A DNA stretch of 64,000 nucleotides. Origin: the human T2T-CHM13v2.0 reference genome, Homo sapiens. A program made the position numbers and the translations under genes. The stretch lies in the NCBI RefSeq assembly GCF_009914755.1, contig NC_060934.1; one strand, given 5' to 3'. The notes beneath the pieces are model-generated. The model was given only the letters and a program-made list of their open reading frames with translations. It was not told the origin of the DNA and did not search any database. Below are positions 57,321-64,000 of the stretch, piece after piece. Positions within the stretch are counted from its first letter, which is position 1. Each line of letters begins with the position of its first letter.

Positions 57321-58070
57321 AAATATGAAAAAATGCTCAACATCACTAATGATCAGGGAAATATAAATCAAAACCACATTGTGATATCACCTTTCTCCTG
57401 CAAGAATAGCTATTAAAAAAAAAAAGATGTTGGCGTGGATGTAGGGAAAAGGGAACACTTCTACACTGCTGGTGGGAATGTAAACTAGTACAACCAATAT
57501 GGAAAACAGTGTGGAGATTCCTTAAAGAATTAAAAGTAGATCTACCACTTGAATCAGCAATCTCGCTACTGGGTATCTACCCAGAGGAAAAGAAGTCATT
57601 ATTTGTAAAAGATATTTGCACACACGTCTACAGCAGCACAATTCGCAACTGCAAAAATATGGAACCAGCCCAAATGCCCATCAAGCAACGAATGGTTAAA
57701 GAAGTTATGGTGAATACTACTCAGCCATAAAAAGGAACAAATTAATGGCATTCTCAGCGACCTGGATGGAACTGGAGACTATTTTTCTAAATGAAGTAAC
57801 CCAGGAATGGAAAACCAAACATTGTACGCTCTCACTCGTAAGTGGGAGCTAAGCTATGAGGATGCAAAAGCATATGAATGATACAATGGATTTTGGGGAC
57901 TTGGGGAAAAGGGTGGGAGGGGGTTGAGGGATAAAATAATACAAATTGGGTGTAGTGTATACTGCTTAGGTGATGGATGCACCACAATCTCACAAATCAC
58001 CACTAAATGACTTACTCATGTAACCAAACACCACCTGTTCTTTAAAAACCTATGGAAATAAAACATTTTA
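57321..58070 (+). mobile_element. L1PB-like 3' end
   Basis: [23 protein letters not shown]; 3'UTR caatctcacaaatcaccactaaa..catgtaaccaaacaccacctg. Confidence 0.88.
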
Positions 58071-58667
58071 AGAAATATATGCAAACATGAGGCCTGTGAC
58101 ATCCTTACATTGTTTTGGTGACCAAAAAAAACCACATAATTATGGAAAATGTTTGACATCCCTAACAGCAGGAACTACTTTTGTTAAGTTTCTGTGTCAC
58201 TTTAGGCAAAATGCTTCCATTCTGTGTACCAGTTTTCCTCATGTGAAAAACAAGAGGGCTGGCAGATGAGTTCTGAATGTCCTACCAGCCCTAAGGTGCT
58301 CAGATGCATTCCTAACCTGCCCTAGCAGAGCCCAGCAGAAAACACAGGCTCTTGGGTAGATCCTGTTACATGAAACATTGCACATGCCCATGGTGGAATA
58401 CTGTGCAGCCATGAAGAAATAAGGACACTCGGTATGTGCTGGTCTGGATGGAGTTCCAACGTATCATTTAAAGAAAACAGCAAAGCAAAGAAGAGTATGT
58501 AAAATGGGATCCCTTTTGTATACTTTTTTTTAAAAAAAAGAACAGATGGATAAATGGATATGGAGTTGCTGGTATAAACACTTTTGGGTACAGAGATTTA
58601 GTGGTTAACAGTTAAGAATGGTTGACAGTTATGAGAAGAGAAGTTAAGGCATGGAAGCTCGCTCTTA

Positions 58668-59090
<423 letters not shown>

Positions 59091-59253
59091 TCAGATATCA
59101 TATATACTATATATATGTATATATCAGCAGGAGTTTTCACAACAGGGACACTGAACATCATTTTTTTCTGCTTTATTTTCTTACTTCTACTTTTCTATTT
59201 AAAAAACTTGTAAAGAAAAAAGAAGTAAAAGACTAAAGTCCTCATAATATACC

Positions 59254-59676
59254 TGTATTCATTGGCTAGGACTGCTGTAACAAAGTACTACAAACCGGGG
59301 GTCTTAAACAACAAAACCGTATAGTCTCACAGTTCTGGAAGCTAAAAGTCTGAACTCGAAGTGTCAGCAGGGCTGGTTTCTTCTGAGTGCTGTGAAGGGG
59401 AATTTGTTCCAGGCCTCCTTCCTTGGCATGGGGATGACCATCTTCTCCCCGTGTCCCTTCCCATCATCTTCCCTCTGTGTGCATCTGTCTCTGTATCCAA
59501 ATTTCTCCTGTTTAGAAGGACACCAATCACATTGAATTAGGGCCTGTCCTGATGACCTCATTTTAACTTGATTACATCCGTACAGACTCCATCTCCAGAT
59601 AAGGCTGCATTCTGGGGCACTGGGAGTTAGAACACTAACATATCTTTTATGGAAGGAAACAATTTAACCCACAAGT
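59254..59676 (-). mobile_element. MLT1B-like MaLR solo LTR
   Basis: tgtattcattggctaggactgctgtaacaaagtac...; TSD atacc (59249-59253, 59677-59681). Confidence 0.85.
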
Positions 59677-61241
59677 ATACCTAATATGACAAAATTCATA
59701 GAAATAGAGAAAATAAATACCTTATTTTTCTGGAGAAGGTAGCATTGGACTTCATTCTTGAAGGATAAATTGGCCTTTATCCTTGACTAGAGAGAAGTAG
59801 TTAATTTCAATAGCCCTTTCCCTTCTTTCCCTGGAGCAACATGAGGAAATGTGTGGTTGGAAATGAAGATTACATATGACCAGTACACTCAAGAAAACTG
59901 TCTGCTTGAAAATCAATGTTTCATTAAGTTCAGTGAACATAACATGAGACAGAACTGATGGGGCCAGATTAAGGGAGTAGATCTAAGTGGAATACAAGAA
60001 AGAACGTCAAAATACCCAGAGCTGTCCTGGCATGGAAATCGGCCATCCCATAAGTAAGTGATGCCTGGGGAAACGGAGCCTGTTTCACTGGAAAGGCAAT
60101 TGGATTAGATCAATTCTTGTCTTCTCGTCAAGTCCGGCCTGGCCCAAGGTTACAGGGAGAAGCCTTGGGTAGGGGACAGGTGTAAGAGCGTTATGAACCA
60201 GTAACTCTCCCACTTGGGGAGAAACAAAACCCCAAGTACAGGAAGAGTAGTTCTTTTCTAAAATCTGAACTAATGACAATGGAGGGGACAAAGGATTAGG
60301 GGGAGAAGATGCTTACTTTAATGAGGAGGCTTTGATTTTTCAGAACAAAGCTTTGTAGCCATGTTTTTGGGGAGCCACAAAATCCAGGTCCAATACATGG
60401 GGTCAAGAGTATGAGAATTTTGGCCCAAGATGGATAAACCTGGGCCTCAACAGCTGCCACCCACTCTGGAAATTGGTATGTTCAGAGAATGTAAGCACTT
60501 GAGACTATTTCTAGTTCCAGCTGCTCCATGGTATTAATAAAGGTCTAATTGCTAAAACCACGTGGAGTGGACATGGTGTTCATTTTCCTGACACATGCAA
60601 AATGTGGTTTGGAGGCTGAGCTGTCAGGCCCAAATCGCCCCCAGATATTGCCTGTTGCAAGCACATTTTATCACCACGCAAGGCTTGCTAAGCTTGGTGG
60701 ATGGCCTCATTTGGGCTATTTGTATCCTAACACTGGGGCCAATGTGACAGGTTAGCGTTCCTATCAGAGCAACATGGCACAAAACTTCCTTCTAGCCCCA
60801 TTCCCCAGGTAATGTGGTGTGGAGAAAGTCCATCAGACTGTTACGCCGAAAGACAAAGGAGCGGTTTGTCCAGCATATAGAACAGGTTTATAAAGCGTCT
60901 CCCCGTTCTCACCAGATAATTGAACATAGAGGATGCCAGAGACTGTGTAGACAGTTAGGCTTCCTTTGCAAATGGGGGTGGACAGGGATATAGCTACCTG
61001 TCTGTGCCGGGAGAGAAACGAGCTGTCCCCTACTCAATGCTGGTAGGGGACAGTTCCATCTTCTTGTCCCACCCTCCCCACAAAGAGTGGTTGCTGTCTC
61101 TCCTCCAAGTCTAAATGTATTTTACTACCTTATTGCCTTATGGTACAACAATACACATTCACAAAAGCTAGTCATAAGTTGCCCCATGCTAAAAATACTA
61201 AATTCTATAAATTTATATTTTAATACATATCTCCATTTTTT

Positions 61242-61276
61242 AAAAATATGGAATGCCTCACGAATTTGCATGTCAT
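61242..61276 (-). pseudogene. U6 snRNA 3'-terminal 35-nt retro-fragment
   Basis: Minus strand atgacatgcaaattcgtgaggcattccatattttt vs U6 3' end atgacacgcaaattcgtgaagcgttccatattttt (32/35). Confidence 0.9.
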
Positions 61277-61519
61277 TTTTTTAATGGGGAATCTCCCTCT
61301 CTAAATTTACTCATTTCTATTTTCTGGCACACAAGGGGAGTTCCCAGCTAGGGCTTAGTTCCCTATTGGGTTTTCCATGCAGGGTTTAGATTTAAAGCAT
61401 TAAATGACCCTTATGAGGGATTCCATAGAAATACGCATTGCTGACTTATGGGCCTGCATCCATGGACACATCAATCCCTGAGTTTTAAGAAGCCCTGGAT
61501 ATTGATTGACAAGCTGTAT

Positions 61520-61745
61520 AACATGGTAATTATGAGCCAGAACTTTGTAGTAAGACTACCCGGGTTAAAATACTAATTCCCCCATTTATGCCTCATGTGA
61601 CCTTGGGGAAGTCTCTTAAGCTATCTATGCCTTGACTTTCTTAAATGTAAATCAGGAAATAGTGCTTCTGCATAGAGTAGTTGTGAAAATTAAGTTATCA
61701 TGTATAAAACGCTTTGCCGTAAATGCCAGTCATATTATTATTGCC
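61520..61745 (+). mobile_element. MIR SINE
   Basis: tgtgaccttggggaagtctcttaagctatctatgcct..tgtaaa. Confidence 0.75.
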
Positions 61746-62412
61746 TCCACAAAAAGCATGTGGTTAGACCAAGTAAAAGTGAGGCCCTAGTAGCATCCTC
61801 TTGAACATGAGGATTGAGCTCAACATCCTCTGCTACTGGAGACCCAGTAAACAAATGCTGAAGTTGCACAGGTGATTCTCAACAGAGTTACACTGTTTCC
61901 AGTGTAACTGGTGTGTAGTGGTCATGAAATGGTTAAACAGAAAAATCAAATATGGTTTCTATTACTGGAGGAGTGGATGTTCCACGATGCTGATTAGGAA
62001 GTCCAACCTGAAAGAGGCTCTCTGAAGGGTCCTGGCCCATCGTAGCCAGAGACAGCTCAAAGAGAGACAGATATCCATGATTTATAGTGAGCTCAGCAAA
62101 GACGGATGAAGAGAGACCATCCTTTGACCAAGTGGCCAGCAGGAATTTTGCGGAACATTTTGTTTTGTTTTGGAGCTCAGCAGTGCCTGAGTCTGTGCAG
62201 TAGTCAGTAGGGACAGCTACAGCAGCTAGGGATAAAGAAGGTCCTTTAAGCCTGAGCGTAGTGGAACTGCTAGCAAGACAACTGGTGTGGTTCACAGGCC
62301 AAGTCCAGCAATTGATGTCAGAATGATGAAAGAGGATTCATACGTGGCCACATTCAGATGTAATCTGTTCAGAGCTATCTGCTCGGAAGACACTGTCATG
62401 CGCACTGTGGAG

Positions 62413-62812
62413 TGCTGAGAAGAGCCTCCCTGATCCTCCATCAGGGGTGTGAGCAGGACTTACTCCCCAGCTGCTGGTGCTTAGCCCTCAGGTGTGAATC
62501 CCTTCTGAAATTGCTTTAGTTGAGCTGCCTCACTCAGGGTCACATCGTTTCCAATGACTGACCGACCAACTTAGGGATACCAAGGTCTAGCCCTTTTGTC
62601 CCAACTCAGAATAGCCCTGAAGTTATCTCATCTTCAGAACTCCCCACAATAGCAGCTAAGACCCCTGAGATGACCCTGAGGCTTGACCTCTCCCTCTGCC
62701 CAATCCTGCTTCCTTTCCCTCCCTTCCATAGCTATATCTCCGACAGCACTCTCTAGTAGATGAGTTGTGTGCTAATCTCCAGGTCAGAATCTCCTTCCCT
62801 GGGGCACTGTGA
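62413..62812 (+). mobile_element. LTR16A-like ERVL LTR
   Basis: aggacttactccccagctgctgg...tctccctctgcccaatcctgcttcctt...gctaatctcc. Confidence 0.7.
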
Positions 62813-63482
62813 CTCTCAACTCATTGGCCATGGGCTGCTCTGCATTTCTTACTGGGTAGGTTGGGGCCATGTGACAGGGCTCTGGCCAATGGGAAGGGAA
62901 CTTGCCTGTGGGATCATCCTGGGCTCTCCTCTTGTCATGGTGCCCTTGAGGGCAATATGTGTAAAGTGGTCCCATCAGCAGGGAGGAGAAAATAAGCCTT
63001 CACTCTGTTAAATCTCTGAGCTTTGGGTTTTGTTTTTGGTTTTATTTTCTTAACAAAGCCTAACTTATTCTGTCTTTTCTAATGCATCAGTCATGTTCAT
63101 TTAAATACTTTTCTAATTCCAGAGTGAGAAGCAATGAAAAGTTAGTATCTGAACATACTCTGAAATATTAGTTATTTTTCATATATATCTTCTTAGGTTT
63201 AACTGTTGGGGAAAAATAACAGTTCATCCCACATCACAGATTTGGTTATTTTCAATAATAATATCTCTAATGAATTCTTTTCTTGGGTTTGTAAGTTTTA
63301 GTTATTATGAGGATAACATTTCTAATGAATTTTTTCTTGTGTATTTATAAAGTCTCAGGTTAAATGAATCATTTGTGTATTTTAACACGTGAATCTGAAC
63401 AGAGTAGATCCAATTGAGAATTTCAGTCAGCATTCTGATGCCCTGAATAGAAAAGAGCCAATAAATATAAATGTAAATATGT

Positions 63483-63510
63483 ACACACACACACACACAC
63501 ACACACACAC
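63483..63510. repeat. (AC)14 microsatellite
   Basis: Directly visible. Confidence 0.97.
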
Positions 63511-63888
63511 TGATGGACTCTTAACTAACGCTAGTAAGTGTCTATTATATATACCGTGTTCCTGAAGTTCTGCTACAAGGTAAGGACTTCCTAGGTTTAG
63601 GGAGCTAATTGATCCATGAAAGAGGCAGACCATTTCCAAGCCTGCCATTGGGATGCAGTGTCGTGAGACACGCCAGGGTGCACAGGCAGCTGAAGGGAGG
63701 TGGTACTAAGCTTTGCCTGGGGAGGGCCAGAGAAGCCTCCACAGAAATGACTCTTAAGCTGCAAATTAGAGGGAACAGTCGGGGTTCACCAGGTTCATGA
63801 AGGAGGGAAAGGCATTCCAGGCAGAGATGTGCATAATAGCATAATGCATTCAGGACATGACAGGGCTGGCAAGGTGATGTTTGCCAGG

Positions 63889-64000
63889 TGCTATTGTTTG
63901 AATGTCCCCTTCAAAACTCATGTTGAAATTTAATTGCCATTGTGATGGTATCACAATGGGACCTTTAAAAGGTGATGAGGTCATGAAGGCTCTGCCCTCA
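63889..64000 (+). mobile_element. MST/MLT1A-type LTR 5' end, cut by window edge
   Basis: tgctattgtttgaatgtccccttcaaaactcatgttgaaatttaattgcc. Confidence 0.75.

Overview
AT-rich primate (human-like) non-coding genomic DNA, densely filled with interspersed repeats. These include about 19 Alus, a full-length but decayed L1PA7-like LINE (10.98-17.45 kb, minus strand), several truncated L1s, L2/MIR relics and many MaLR/ERV LTRs. There is also a fragmented ERV-L provirus (RT/integrase remnants, minus strand) and DNA-transposon fossils (MER2, MER20, MER58, Tigger3, a Ricksha MULE). I see no recognisable protein-coding gene, CpG island, tRNA/rRNA or CRISPR array. The long ORFs in the track are L1, ERV-L or Alu fragments, and many listed starts are TTG/GTG rather than ATG. 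The best non-repeat signal is a candidate plus-strand spliced, polyadenylated transcript at about 45.2-51.05 kb, with alternative splice sites in its middle exon and a 34-codon strong-Kozak small ORF in its last exon. A second candidate exon pair lies on the minus strand at 1.2-1.7 kb. Other notable items are a Ricksha element carrying a captured ERV-L PPT/LTR junction, a 35-nt 5'-truncated U6 retro-insertion, several nested or site-reusing insertions, and local tandem duplications. Repeat subfamily names come from recalled consensus sequences, not a RepeatMasker run. Boundaries of old elements are approximate.
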